Shown: positions 31,801 to 46,962 of the stretch, piece after piece
Layout of the letters: each line of letters begins with the position of its first letter
Position numbering within the stretch: the first letter of the stretch is position 1
Assembly: GCA_964016885.1 (NCBI GenBank)
Contig: OZ024740.1
Coordinates: 38,998,001 to 39,062,000, forward strand
From: Eledone cirrhosa
Taxonomy: Eukaryota
Length of the DNA: 64,000 nucleotides
Direction: 5' to 3'
Notes under the pieces: generated by a model
The model's input: the letters and a program-made list of their open reading frames with translations, nothing else
Told to the model about the DNA's origin: nothing
Database searches by the model: none
Translations under genes and position numbers: made by a program

Positions 31801-34800
31801 TAACTAGATAGTGTAGTATTGTAACTATATAACAGTAGTATTGTAACTATATAACAGTAGTATTGTAACTATATAACAGTAGTATTGTAACAATATAACA
31901 GTAGTATTGTAACTATATAGTGTAGTATTGTAACTATATAACAGTAGTATTGTAACTATATAACAGTAGTATTGTAACTATATAACAGTAGTATTGTAAT
32001 TATATAATGTAGTATTGTAACTATATATCAGTAGTATTGTAACTATATAAAAGTAGTATTGTAACTATATAACAGTAGTATTGTAACTATATAACAGTAG
32101 TATTGTAACTATATAGTGTAGTATTGTAACTATATATAACAGTAGTATTGTAACTGTATAACAGTAGTATTGTAACTATATAGCAGTAGTATTGTAACTA
32201 TATAGCAGTAGTACTTTACTATATAGTAGTATTGTAACTATATAGCAGTAGTATTGTAACTATATTGCAGTAGTATTGTAACTATATAGTATTGTAACTA
32301 TATAAAAGTAGTATTGTTACTATATAACAGTAGTATTGTAACTATATAGTGTAGTATTGTAACTATATAACAGTAATATTGTAACTATATAATAGTAGTA
32401 TTGTAACTATATAACAGTAGTATTGTAACTATATAACAGTAGTATCGTAACTATATAGCAGTAGTATTGTAACTATATTGCAGTAATATTGTAACTATAT
32501 AACAGTAGTATTGTAACTATATAGTGTAGCATTGTAACTATATAACAGTAGTATTGTAACTATATAACAGTAGTATTGTAACTATATAACAGTAGTATTG
32601 TAACTATATAGCAGTAGTATTGTAACTATATAACAGTAGCATTGTAACTATATAGTGTAGTATTGTAACTATATAACAGAAGTATTGTACCTCCTTAACA
32701 GTGGTATTGTAACTATATAACAGTAGTATTGTAACTATATAGTGTAGTATTGTAACTATATAACAGTAGTATTGTAACTATACAACAGTAGTATCGTAAC
32801 TATATAACAGTAGTATTGTAACTATATAGTGTAGCATTGTAACTAGACAACAGTAGTATGGTAACTATATAACAGTAGTATTGTAACTATATAGTGTAGC
32901 ATTGTAACTATACAACAGTAGTATGGTAACTATATAACAGTAGTATTGTAACTATATAGTGTAGTATTGTAACTATATAACAGTAGCATCGTAAACATAT
33001 AAAAGTAGTATTTTAACAATATAGTGTAGTATTGTAACTATATAACAGTAGTATTGTAACTATATAACAGTAGTATTGTAACTATATAACAGTAGCAGTG
33101 TAACTATATAACAGTAGTATTGTAACTATATAACAGTAGTATTGTAACTATATAACAGTAGTATTGTAACTATATAACAGTAGTATTGTAACTAAATAAC
33201 AGTAGTATTGTAACTATATAACAGTAGTATTGTAACTATATAGTGTAGTATTGTAACTATATAAAAGTAGTATTGTAACTAAATAACAGTAGTATTGTAA
33301 CTATATAACAGTAGTATTGTAACTATATAAGAGTAGTATTGTAACTATATATAACAGTAGTATTGTAACTATATAACAGTAGTATTGTAACTATATAGTA
33401 TAGTATTGTAACTATATAAGAGTAGTATTGTAACTATATAACAGTAGTATTGTAACTATATAACAGTAGTATTGTAACTATATAACAGTAGTATTGTAAC
33501 TATATAACAGTAGTATTGTAACTATATAACAGTAGTATCGTAACTATATAACAGTAGTATTGTAACTATATAGCAGTAGTATTGTAACTATACTACAGTA
33601 GTATTGTAACTATATAACAGTAGTATTGTAACTATATAGCCGTAGTATTGTAACTATATAACAGTAGTATTGTAACTATATAACAGTAGTATTGTAACTA
33701 TATAACAGTAGTATTGTAACTATCTAACAGTAGTATTGTAACTATATAACAGTAGTATTGTAACTATATAATGTAGTATTGTAACTATATAACAGTAGTA
33801 TTGTAACTATATAACAGTAGTAGTGTAACTATATAGTGTAGTATTGTAACTATATGCTGTAGTATTGTAACTATTTAACAGTAGTATTTTTAACTATATA
33901 AAAGTAGTATTGTAACTATATAAGAGTAGTATTGTAACTATATAGTGTAGTATTGTAACTATTTAACAGTAGTATTGTAACTATATAACAGTAGTATTGT
34001 AACTATATAACAGTAGTATTGTAACTATATAGTATAGTATTGTAAATATATAACAGTAGTATTGTAAATATATAGTGTAGTATTGTAACTATATAACAGT
34101 AGTATTGTAACTATATAGTGTACTATTGTAACTATATAACAGTAGTATTGTAACTATATAGTCTAGTATTGTAACTATATAACAGTAGTATTGTAACTAT
34201 ATAAGAGTAGTATTGTAACTATATAGTGTAGTATTGTAACTATATAACAGTAGTATTGTAACTATATAACAGTAGTAATGTAACTATATAGTGTAGTATT
34301 GTAACTATATGACAGTAGTATTATAACTATATAACAGTAGTATTGTAACTATATAGTGTAGCATTGTAACTATATAACAGTAGTATTGTAACTATATAAC
34401 AGTAGTATTGTAACTATATAGTGTAGCATTGTAACTATATAACAGTAGTATTGTAACTATATAATGTAGTATTGTAACTATATAACAGTAGTATCGTAAC
34501 TATATAGTCTAGTATTGTAACTATATAACAGTAGTATTGTAACTATATATAACAGTAGCATTGAAACTATATAACAGTAGTATTGTAACTATATAAAAGT
34601 AGTATTGTAACTATATAACAGTAGTATTGTAACTATATAACAGTAGCATTGTAACTATATAACAGTAGTATTGTAACTATATAGTGTAGTATCGTAACTA
34701 TATATAACAGTAGTATTGTAACTATATAACAGTAGTATTGTTACTATATAAGAGTAATATTGTAACTAGATAGTGTAGTATTGTAACTATATAACAGTAG

Positions 34801-37800
34801 TATTGTAACTATATAACAGTAGTATTGTAACTATATAACAGTAGTATTGTAACAATATAACAGTAGTATTGTAACTATATAGTGTAGTATTGTAACTATA
34901 TAACAGTAGTATTGTAACTATATAACAGTAGTATTGTAACTATATAACAGTAGTATTGTAATTATATAATGTAGTATTGTAACTATATATCAGTAGTATT
35001 GTAACTATATAAAAGTAGTATTGTAACTATATAACAGTAGTATTGTAACTATATAACAGTAGTATTGTAACTATATAGTGTAGTATTGTAACTATATATA
35101 ACAGTAGTATTGTAACTATATAACAGTAGTATTGTAACTATATAGCAGTAGTATTGTAACTATATAGCAGTAGTACTTTACTATATAGTAGTATTGTAAC
35201 TATATAGCAGTAGTATTGTAACTATATTGCAGTAGTATTGTAACTATATAGTATTGTAACTATATAAAAGTAGTATTGTTACTATATAACAGTAGTATTG
35301 TAACTATATAGTGTAGTATTGTAACTATATAACAGTAATATTGTAACTATATAACAGTAGTATTGTAACTATATAACAGTAGTATTGTAACTATATAACA
35401 GTAGTATCGTAACTATATAGCAGTAGTATTGTAACTATATTGCAGTAATATTGTAACTATATAACAGTAGTATTGTAACTATATAGTGTAGCATTGTAAC
35501 TATATAACAGTAGTATTGTAACTATATAACAGTAGTATTGTAACTATATAACAGTAGTATTGTAACTATATAGCAGTAGTATTGTAACTATATAACAGTA
35601 GCATTGTAACTATATAGTGTAGTATTGTAACTATATAACAGAAGTATTGTACCTCCTTAACAGTGGTATTGTAACTATATAACAGTAGTATTGTAACTAT
35701 ATAGTGTAGTATTGTAACTATATAACAGTAGTATTGTAACTATACAACAGTAGTATCGTAACTATATAACAGTAGTATTGTAACTATATAGTGTAGCATT
35801 GTAACTAGACAACAGTAGTATGGTAACTATATAACAGTAGTATTGTAACTATATAGTGTAGCATTGTAACTATACAACAGTAGTATGGTAACTATATAAC
35901 AGTAGTATTGTAACTATATAGTGTAGTATTGTAACTATATAACAGTAGCATCGTAACTATATAAAAGTAGTATTTTAACAATATAGTGTAGTATTGTAAC
36001 TATATAACAGTAGTATTGTAACTATATAACAGTAGTATTGTAACTATATAACAGTAGCAGTGTAACTATATAACAGTAGTATTGTAACTATATAACAGTA
36101 GTATTGTAACTATATAACAGTAGTATTGTAACTATATAACAGTAGTATTGTAACTAAATAACAGTAGTATTGTAACTATATAACAGTAGTATTGTAACTA
36201 TATAGTGTAGTATTGTAACTATATAAAAGTAGTATTGTAACTAAATAACAGTAGTATTGTAACTATATAACAGTAGTATTGTAACTATATAAGAGTAGTA
36301 TTGTAACTATATATAACAGTAGTATTGTAACTATATAACAGTAGTATTGTAACTATATAACAGTAGTATTGTAACTATATAACAGTAGCAGTGTAACTAT
36401 ATAACAGTAGTATTGTAACTATATAACAGTAGTATTGTAACTATATAACAGTAGTATTGTAACTATATAACAGTAGTATTGTAACTAAATAACAGTAGTA
36501 TTGTAACTATATAACAGTAGTATTGTAACTATATAGTGTAGTATTGTAACTATATAAAAGTAGTATTGTAACTAAATAACAGTAGTATTGTAACTATATA
36601 ACAGTAGTATTGTAACTATATAACAGTAGTATTGTAACTATATAACAGTAGTATTGTAACTATATAACAGTAGTATTGTAACTATATAACAGTAGTATTG
36701 TAACTATATAACAGTAGTATCGTAACTATATAACAGTAGTATTGTAACTATATAGCAGTAGTATTGTAACTATACTACAGTAGTATTGTAACTATATAAC
36801 AGTAGTATTGTAACTATATAGCCGTAGTATTGTAACTATATAACAGTAGTATTGTAACTATATAACAGTAGTATTGTAACTATATAACAGTAGTATTGTA
36901 ACTATATAACAGTAGTATTGTAACTATATAACAGTAGTATTGTAACTATATAATGTAGTATTGTAACTATATAACAGTAGTATTGTAACTATATAACAGT
37001 AGTAGTGTAACTATATAGTGTAGTATTGTAACTATATGCTGTAGTATTGTAACTATTTAACAGTAGTATTTTTAACTATATAAAAGTAGTATTGTAACTA
37101 TATAAGAGTAGTATTGTAACTATATAGTGTAGTATTGTAACTATTTAACAGTAGTATTGTAACTATATAACAGTAGTATTGTAACTATATAACAGTAGTA
37201 TTGTAACTATATAGTATAGTATTGTAAATATATAACAGTAGTATTGTAAATATATAGTGTAGTATTGTAACTATATAACAGTAGTATTGTAACTATATAG
37301 TGTACTATTGTAACTATATAACAGTAGTATTGTAACTATATAGTCTAGTATTGTAACTATATAACAGTAGTATTGTAACTATATAAGAGTAGTATTGTAA
37401 CTATATAGTGTAGTATTGTAACTATATAACAGTAGTATTGTAACTATATAACAGTAGTAATGTAACTATATAGTGTAGTATTGTAACTATATGACAGTAG
37501 TATTATAACTATATAACAGTAGTATTGTAACTATATAGTGTAGCATTGTAACTATATAACAGTAGTATTGAAACTATATAACAGTAGTATTGTAACTATA
37601 TAACAGTAGTATTGTAATTATATAACAGTAGTATTGTAACTATATGACAGTAGTATTGTAACTATATAACAGTAGTATTGTAACTATATAACAGTAGTAT
37701 TGTAACTATATAACAGTAGTATTGTAACTATATAGTGTAGCATTGTAACTATATAACAGTAGTATTGTAACTATATAATGTAGTATTGTAACTATATAAC

Positions 37801-37900
37801 AGTAGTATCGTAACTATATAGTCTAGTATTGTAACTATATAACAGTAGTATTGTAACTATATATAACAGTAGCATTGAAACTATATAACAGTAGTATTGT
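28900..37900 (+). repeat. About three copies of a ~3.0-3.2-kb higher-order unit (boundaries approximate)
   Basis: Private variants occur three times each: GTACCTCCTT 29571/32687/35649; TACTACAG 30431/33591/36773; GCCGTAG 30479/33639/36821. Confidence 0.87.
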
Positions 37901-40900
37901 AACTATATAACAGTAGTATTGTAACTATATAACAGTAGTATTGTAACTATATAACAGTAGTATTGTAATTATATAGTGTAGTATTGTAACTATATAACAG
38001 TAGTATTGTAACTATATAAAAGTAGTATTGTAACTATATAACAGTAGTATTGTAACTATATAACAGTAGTATTGTAACTATATAGTGTAGTATTGTAACT
38101 ATATATAACAGTAGTATTGTAACTATATAACAGTAGTATTGTAACTATATAAGAGTAATATTGTAACTAGATAGTGTAGTATTGTAACTATATAACAGTA
38201 GTATTGTAACTATATAACAGTAGTATTGTAACTATATAGTGTAGCATTGTAACTATATAACAGTAGTATTGTAACTATATAACAGTAGTATTGTAACTAT
38301 ATAGCAGTAGTATTGTAACTATATAACAGTAGCATTGTAACTATATAGTGTAGTATTGTAACTATATAACAGTAGTATTGTACCTACTTAATAGTGGTAT
38401 TGTAAATATATAACAGTAGTATTGTAACTATATAGTGTAGTATTGTAACTATATAACAGTAGTATTGTAACTATACAACAGTAGTATTGTAACTATATAA
38501 CAGTAGTATTGTAATTATATAACAGTAATATTGTAATTATATAACAGTAGTATTGTAACTATATAACAGTAGTATTGTAACTATATAGCAGTAGTATTGT
38601 AACTATATAGCAGTAGTATTTTACTATATAGTAGTATTGTAACTATATAGCAGTAGTATTGTAACAATATTGCAGTAGTATTGTAACTATATAACAGTAG
38701 TATTGTAATTATATAACAGTAGTATTATAACTATATGACAGTAGTATTGTAACTATATAACAGTAGTATTGTAACTATATAACAGTAGTAGTGTAACTAT
38801 ATAACAGTAGTATTGTAACTATATAGTGTAGCATTGTAATTATATAACAGTAGTATTGTAACTATATAGTGTAGTATTGTAACTATATAACAGTAGTATT
38901 GTAACTATATAGTCTAGTATTGTAACTATATAACAGTAGTATTGTAACTATATATAACAGTAGCATTGAAACTATATAACAGTAGTATTGTAACTATATA
39001 ACAGTAGTATTGTAACTATATAACAGTAGTATTGTAACAATATAACAGTAGTATTGTAAATATATAGTGTAGTATTGTAACTATATAACAGTAGTATTGT
39101 AACTATATAGTGTACTATTGTAACTATATGACAGTAGTATTGTAACTATATAGTCTAGTATTGTAACTATATAACAGTAGTATTGTAACTATATAAGAGT
39201 AGTATTGTAACTATATAGTGTAGTATTGTAACTATATAACAGTAGTATTGTAACTATATAGTGTAGTATTGTAACTATATAAAAGTAGTATTGTAACTAT
39301 ATAACAGTAGTAATGTAACTATATAGTGTAGTATTGTAACTATATGACAGTAGTATTATAACTATATAACAGTAGTATTGTAACTATATAGTGTAGCATT
39401 GTAACTATATAACAGTAGAATTGAAACTATATAACAGTAGTATTGTAACTATATAACAGTAGTATTGTAACTATATAAAAGTAGTATTGTAACTATATAA
39501 CAGTAGCATTGTAACTATATAACAGTAGTATTGTAACTATATAGTGTAGTATTGTAACTACATATAACAGTAGTATTGTTACTATATAACAGTAGTATTG
39601 TTACTATATAAGAGTAATATTGTAACTAGATAGTGTAGTATTGTAACTATATAACAGTAGTATTGTAACTATATAACAGTAGTATCGTAAATATATAACA
39701 GTAGTATTGTAACTATATAGTGTAGTATTGTAACTATATAACAGTAGTATTGTAACTATATAACAGCAGTATTATAACTATATAGCAGTAGTATTGTAAC
39801 TATATAGCAGTGGTATTTTACTATATGGTAGTATTGTAACTATATAGCAGTAGTATTGTAACTATATTGCAGTAGTATTGTAACTATATAACAGTAGTAT
39901 TGTAACTATATTGTAGTATTGTAACTATATAACAGTAGTATTGTAACTATATAACAGTAGTATTGTAACTATATAACAGTAGTATTGTAACTATATAACA
40001 GTAGTATTGTAACTATATAACAGTAGCATCGTAACTATATAAAAGTAGTATTGTAACAATATAGTGTAGTATTGTAACTATATAACAGTAGTATTGTAAC
40101 TATATAACAGTAGTATTGTAACTATATAACAGTAGTATTGTAACTATATAACAGTAGTATTGTAACTATATAACAGTAGTATTGTAACTATATAACAGTA
40201 GCATCGTAACTATATAAAAGTAGTATTGTAACAATATAGTGTAGTATTGTAACTATATAACAGTAGCAGTGTAACTATATAACAGTAGTATTATAACTAT
40301 ATAACAGTAGTATTGTAACTATATAACAGTAGTATTGTAACTATATAGAGTAGTATTGTAACTATATAACAGTAGTATTGTAACTATATAACAGTAGTAT
40401 TGTTACTATATAACAGTAGTATTGTAACTATATAGCAGTAGTATTGTGACTATATTGCAGTAGTATTGTAACTATATAACAGTAGTATTCTAACTATATA
40501 ACAGTAGTATTGTGACTATATAGTGTAGTATTGTAACTATATAAAAGTAGTATTGTAACTATATAACAGTAGTATTGTAACTATATGACAGTAGTATTGT
40601 AACTATATAAGAGTAGTATCGTAACTATATATAACAGTAGTATTGTAAATATATAAGAGTAGTATTGTAACTATATAGTATAGTATTGTAACTATATAAG
40701 TGTAGTATTGTAACTATACAACAGTAGTATCGTAACTATATATAACAGTAGTATTGTAACTATATAACAGTAGTATTGTAACTATATAGTGTAGTATTGT
40801 AACTATATAAGAGTAGTATTGTAACTATATAACAGTAGTATTGTAACTATATAGTGTAGTATTGTAACTATATAGTGTAGTATTGTAACTATATAACAGT

Positions 40901-43900
40901 AGTATTGTAACTATATAACAGTAGTATTGTAAATATATAGTGTAGTATTGTAACTATATAACAGTAGTATTGTAACTATATAGTGTACTATTGTAACTAT
41001 ATGACAGTAGTATTGTAACTATATAGTCTAGTATTGTCACTATATAACAGTAGTATTGTAACTATATAACCGTAGTAATGTAACTATATAGTGTAGTATT
41101 GTAACTATATGCTGTAGTATTGTAACTATTTAACAGTAGTATTTTTAACTATATAAAAGTAGTATTGTAACTATATAAGAGTAGTATTGTAACTATATAG
41201 TGTAGTATTGTAACTATTTAACAGTAGTATTGTAACTATATAACAGTAGTATTGTAACTATATAATAGTAGTATTGTAACTATATAGTATAGTATTGTAA
41301 CTATATAACAGTAGTATTGTAACTATATAACAGTAGTATTGTAACTATATAGTGTAGTATTGTAACTATATAACAGTAGTATTGTAACTATATAACAGTA
41401 GTATTCTAACTATATATAACAGTAGTATTGTAACTATATAACAGTAGTATTGTAACTATATAACAGTAGTATTGTAACTATATAACAGTAGTATTGTAAC
41501 TATATAACAGTAGTATTGTAACAATATAACAGTAGTATTGTAAATATATAGTGTAGTATTGTAACTATATAACAGTAGTATTGTAACTATATAGTGTACT
41601 ATTGTAACTATATGACAGTAGTATTGTAACTATATAGTCTAGTATTGTCACTATATAACAGTAGTATTGTAACTATATAAGAGTAGTATTGTAACTATAT
41701 AGTGTAGTATTGTAACTATATAACAGTAGTATTGTAACTATATAGTGTAGTATTGTAACTATATAAAAGTAGTATTGTAACTATATAACAGTAGTAATGT
41801 AACTATATAGTGTAGTATTGTAACTATATGACAGTAGTATTATAACTATATAACAGTAGTATTGTAACTATATAGTGTAGCATTGTAACTATATAACAGT
41901 AGAATTGAAACTATATAAAAGTAGTATTGTAACTATATAACAGTAGTATTGTAACTATATAAAAGTAGTATTGTAACTATATAACAGTAGCATTGTAACT
42001 ATATAACAGTAGTATTGTAACTATATAGTGTAGTATTGTAACTATATATAACAGTAGTATTGTTACTATATAACAGTAGTATTGTTACTATATAAGAGTA
42101 ATATTGTAACTAGATAGTGTAGTATTGTAACTATATAACAGTAGTATTGTAACTATATAACAGTAGTATTGTAAATATATAACAGTAGTATTGTAACTAT
42201 ATAACAGTAGTATTGTAACTATATAGTGTAGTATTGTAACTATATAACAGTAGTATTGTAACTATATAACAGCAGTATTGTAACTATATAGCAGTAGTAT
42301 TGTAACTATATAGCAGTGGTATTTTACTATATGGTAGTATTGTAACTATATAGCAGTAGTATTGTAACTATATTGCAGTAGTATTGTAACTATATAACAG
42401 TAGTATTGTAACTATATAATATTGTAACTATATAACAGTAGTATTGTTACTATATAACAGTAGTATTGTAACTATATTGTAGTATTGTAACTATATAACA
42501 GTAGTATTGTAACTATATAACAGTAGTATTGTAACTATATAACAGTAGTATTGTAACTATATAACAGTAGTATCGTAACTATATAACAGTAGTATTGTAA
42601 CTATATAGCAGTAGTATTGTAACTATACAACAGTAGTATTGTAACTATATAACAGTAGTATCGTAACTATATAGCAGTAGTATTGTAACTATATAACAGT
42701 AGTATTGTAACTATATAACAGTAGTATTGTAACTATATAACAGTAGTATTGTAATTATATAACATTAGTATTATAACTATATGACAGTAGTATTGTAACT
42801 ATATAACAGTAGTATTGTAACTATATAACAGTAGTAGTGTAACTATATAACAGTAGTATTGTAACTATATAGTGTAGCATTGTAACTATATAACAGTAGT
42901 ATTGTAACTATATAGTGTAGTATTGTAACTATATAACAGTAGTATTGTAACTATATAGTCTAGTATTGTAACTATATAACAGTAGTATTGTAACTATATA
43001 TAACAGTAGCATTGAAACTATATAACAGTAGTATTGTAACTATATAACAGTAGTATTGTAACTATATAACAGTAGTATTGTAACAATATAACAGTAGTAT
43101 TGTAAATATATAGTGTAGTATTGTAACTATATAACAGTAGTATTGTAACTATATAGTGTACTATTGTAACTATATGACAGTAGTATTGTAACTATATAGT
43201 CTAGTATTGTAACTATATAACAGTACTATTGTAACTATATAAGAGTAGTATTGTAACTATATAGTGTAGTATTGTAACTATATAACAGTAGTATTGTAAC
43301 TATATAACAGTTGTATTGTAACTATATAACAGTAGTATAGTAACTATATAACAGTAGTATTGTAACTATATAGCAGTAGTATTGTAACTATATAGCTGTA
43401 GTATTTTACTATATAGTAGTATTGTAACTATATAAATCATATTTTTAACTATATAAATGTAGTATTGTAACTATATAAGAGTAGTATTGTAACTATATAG
43501 TGTAGTATTGTAACTATTTAACAGTAGTATTGTAACTATATAGTATTGTATTGTAACTATATAACAGTGGTATTGTAACTATATAACAGTAGTATTGTAA
43601 CTATATAGTGTAGTACTGTAACTATATAACAGTAGTATTGTAACTATATAACAGTAGTATTGTAACTATATAACAGTAGTATTGTAACTATATATAACAT
43701 TAGTATTGTAACTATATAACAGTAGTATTGTAACTATATAACAGTAGTATTGTAACTATATAACATTAGTATTGTAACTATATACCAGTAGTATTGTAAC
43801 TATATAACAGTAGTATTGTAACTATATAACAGTAGTATTGTAACTATATAACAGTAGTATTGTAACTATATAGTGTACTATTGTAACTATATAACAGTAG

Positions 43901-46900
43901 TATTTTAACTATATAGTCTAGTATTGTAACTATACAACAGTAGTATGGTAACTATATAACAGTAGTATTGTAACTATATAGTGTAGCATTGTAACTATAC
44001 AACAGTAGTATGGTAACTATATAACAGTAGTATTGTAACTATATAGTGTAGTATTGTAACTATATAACAGTAGCATCGTAACTATATAAAAGTAGTATTG
44101 TAACAATATAGTGTAGTATAGTAACTATATAACAGTAGTATTGTGACTATATAACAGTAGTATTGTAACTATATAACAGTAGCAGTGTAACTATATAACA
44201 GTAGTATTGTAACTATATAACAGTAGTATTGTAACTATATAGTGTAGTATTGTAACTATATAACATTAGTATTGTAAATATATAACAGTAGTATTGTTAC
44301 TATATAACAGTAGTATTGTAACTATATAGCAGTAGTATTGTAACTATATTGCAGTAGTATTGTAACTATATAACAGTAGTATTGTAACTATATAACAGTA
44401 GTATTGTACCTATATAGTGTAGTATTGTAATTATATAAAAGTAGTATTGTAACTATATAACAGTAGTATTGTAACTATATGACAGTAGTATTGTAACTAT
44501 ATAAGAGTAGTATTGTAACTATATATAACAGTAGTATTGTAACTATATAACAGTAGTATTGTAACTATATAGTATAGTATTGTAACTATATAAGAGTAGT
44601 ATAGTAACTATACAACAGTAGTATCGTAATAATATATAACATTAGTATTGTAACTATATAAATCAGAAGTATTGTAACTATATAACAGTAGGATTGTAAC
44701 TATATAACAGTAGTATTGTAACTATATAGTGTAGTATTGTAACTATATAACAGTAGTATTGTAACTATATAACAGTAGTATTGTAACTATATAGTGTAGT
44801 ATTGTAACTATATAGTGTAGTATTGTAACTATATAGTGTAGTATTGTAACTATATAACAGTAGTATTGTAACTATATAACAGTAGTATTGTAACTATAGA
44901 GTGTAGTATTGTAACTATATAACAGTAGTATTGTAACTATATAGTGTAGTATTGTAACTATATAACAGTAGTATTGTAACTATATAACAGTAGTAATGTA
45001 ACTATATAGTGTAGTATTGTAACTATATGCTGTAGTATTGTAACTATTTAACAGTAGTATTTTTAACTATATAAAAGTAGTATTGTAACTATATAAGAGT
45101 AGTATTGTAACTATATAGTGTAGTATTGTAACTATTTAACAGTAGTATTGTAACTATATAACAGTAGTATTGTAACTATATAACAGTAGTATTGTAACTA
45201 TATAGTATAGTATTGTAACTATATAACAGTAGTATTATAACTATATAACAGTAGTATTGTAACTATATAGTGTAGTATTGTAACTATATAACAGTAGTAT
45301 TGTAACTATATAACAGTAGTATTGTAACTATATAACAGTAGTATTGTAACTATATATAACATTAGTATTGTAACTATATAACAGTAGTATTGTAACTATA
45401 TAACAGTAGTATTGTAACTATATAACATTAGTATTGTAACTATATACCAGTAGTATTGTAACTATATAACAGTAGTATTGTAACTATATAACAGTAGTAT
45501 TGTAACTATATAACAGTAGTATTGTAAATATATAGTGTTGTATTGTAACTATATAACAGTAGTATTGTAACTATATAGTGTACTATTGTAACTATATAAC
45601 AGTAGTATTGTAACTATATAGTCTAGTATTGTAACTATATAACAGTAGTATTGTAACTATATAAGAGTAGTATTGTAACTATATAGTGTAGTATTGTAAC
45701 GATATAACAGTTGTATTGTAACTATATAGTGTAGTATTGTAACTATATAACAGTAGTATTGTAAGTATATAACAGTAGTAATGTAACTATATAGTGTAGT
45801 ATTGTAACTATATGACAGTAGTATTATAACTATATAACAGTAGTATTGTAACTATATAGTGTAGCATTGTAACTATATAACAGTAGTATTGAAACTATAT
45901 AACAGTAGTATTGTAACTATATTACAGTAGTATTGTAACTAAATAAAAGTAGTTTTGTAACAATATAACAGTAGTATTGTAACTATATAACAGTAGCATT
46001 GTAACTATATAACAGTAGTATTGTAACTATATAGTGTAGTATTGTAACTATATATAACAGTAGTATTGTAACTATATAACAGTAGTATTGTAACTATATA
46101 ACAGTAGTATTGTAACTATATAACAGTAGTATTGTAACTATATAGTGTAGTATTGTAACTATATAACAGTAGTATTGTAACTGTATAACAGTTGTATTGT
46201 AACTATATAACAGTAGTATAGTAACTATATAACAGTAGTATTGTAACTATATAGCAGTAGTATTGTAACTATATGGCTGTAGTATTTTACTATATAGTAG
46301 TATTGTAACTATATATAACAGTAGTATTGTAACTATATAACAGTAGTATTGTAACTATATAACAGTAGTATTGTAACTATATAACAGTAGTATTCTAACT
46401 ATATATAACAGTAGTATTGTAACTATATAACAGTAGCATTGTAACTATATAACAGTAGTATTGTAACTATATAGTGTAGTATTGTAACTATATATAACAG
46501 TAGTATTGTAACTATATAACAGTAGTATTGTAACTATATAACAGTAGTATTGTAACTATATAGTGTAGTATTGTAACTATATAACAGTAGTATTGTAACT
46601 ATATAACAGTAGTATTGTAACTATATAACAGTAGTATTGTAACTATATAGCAGTAGTATTGTAACTATATAACACTAGTATTGTAACTATATAGCAGTAG
46701 TATTGTAACTATATAACAGTAGTATTGTAACTATATAACAGTAGTATTGTAACTATATAACTGTAGTATTGTAACTATACAACAGTAGTATGGTAACTAT
46801 ATAACAGTAGTATTGTAACTATATAGTGTAGCATTGTAACTATACAACAGTAGTATGGTAACTATATAACAGTAGTATTGTAACTATATAGTGTAGTATT

Positions 46901-46949
46901 GTAACTATATAACAGTAGCATCGTAACTATATAAAAGTAGTATTGTAAC

Positions 46950-46962
46950 AATATAGTGTAGT
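46950..46962 (+). repeat. Left target-site duplication (AATATAGTGTAGT) of SINE copy 1
   Basis: Exact match to 47112-47124. It occurs once at the uninterrupted homologous site 44105-44117. Confidence 0.85.
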
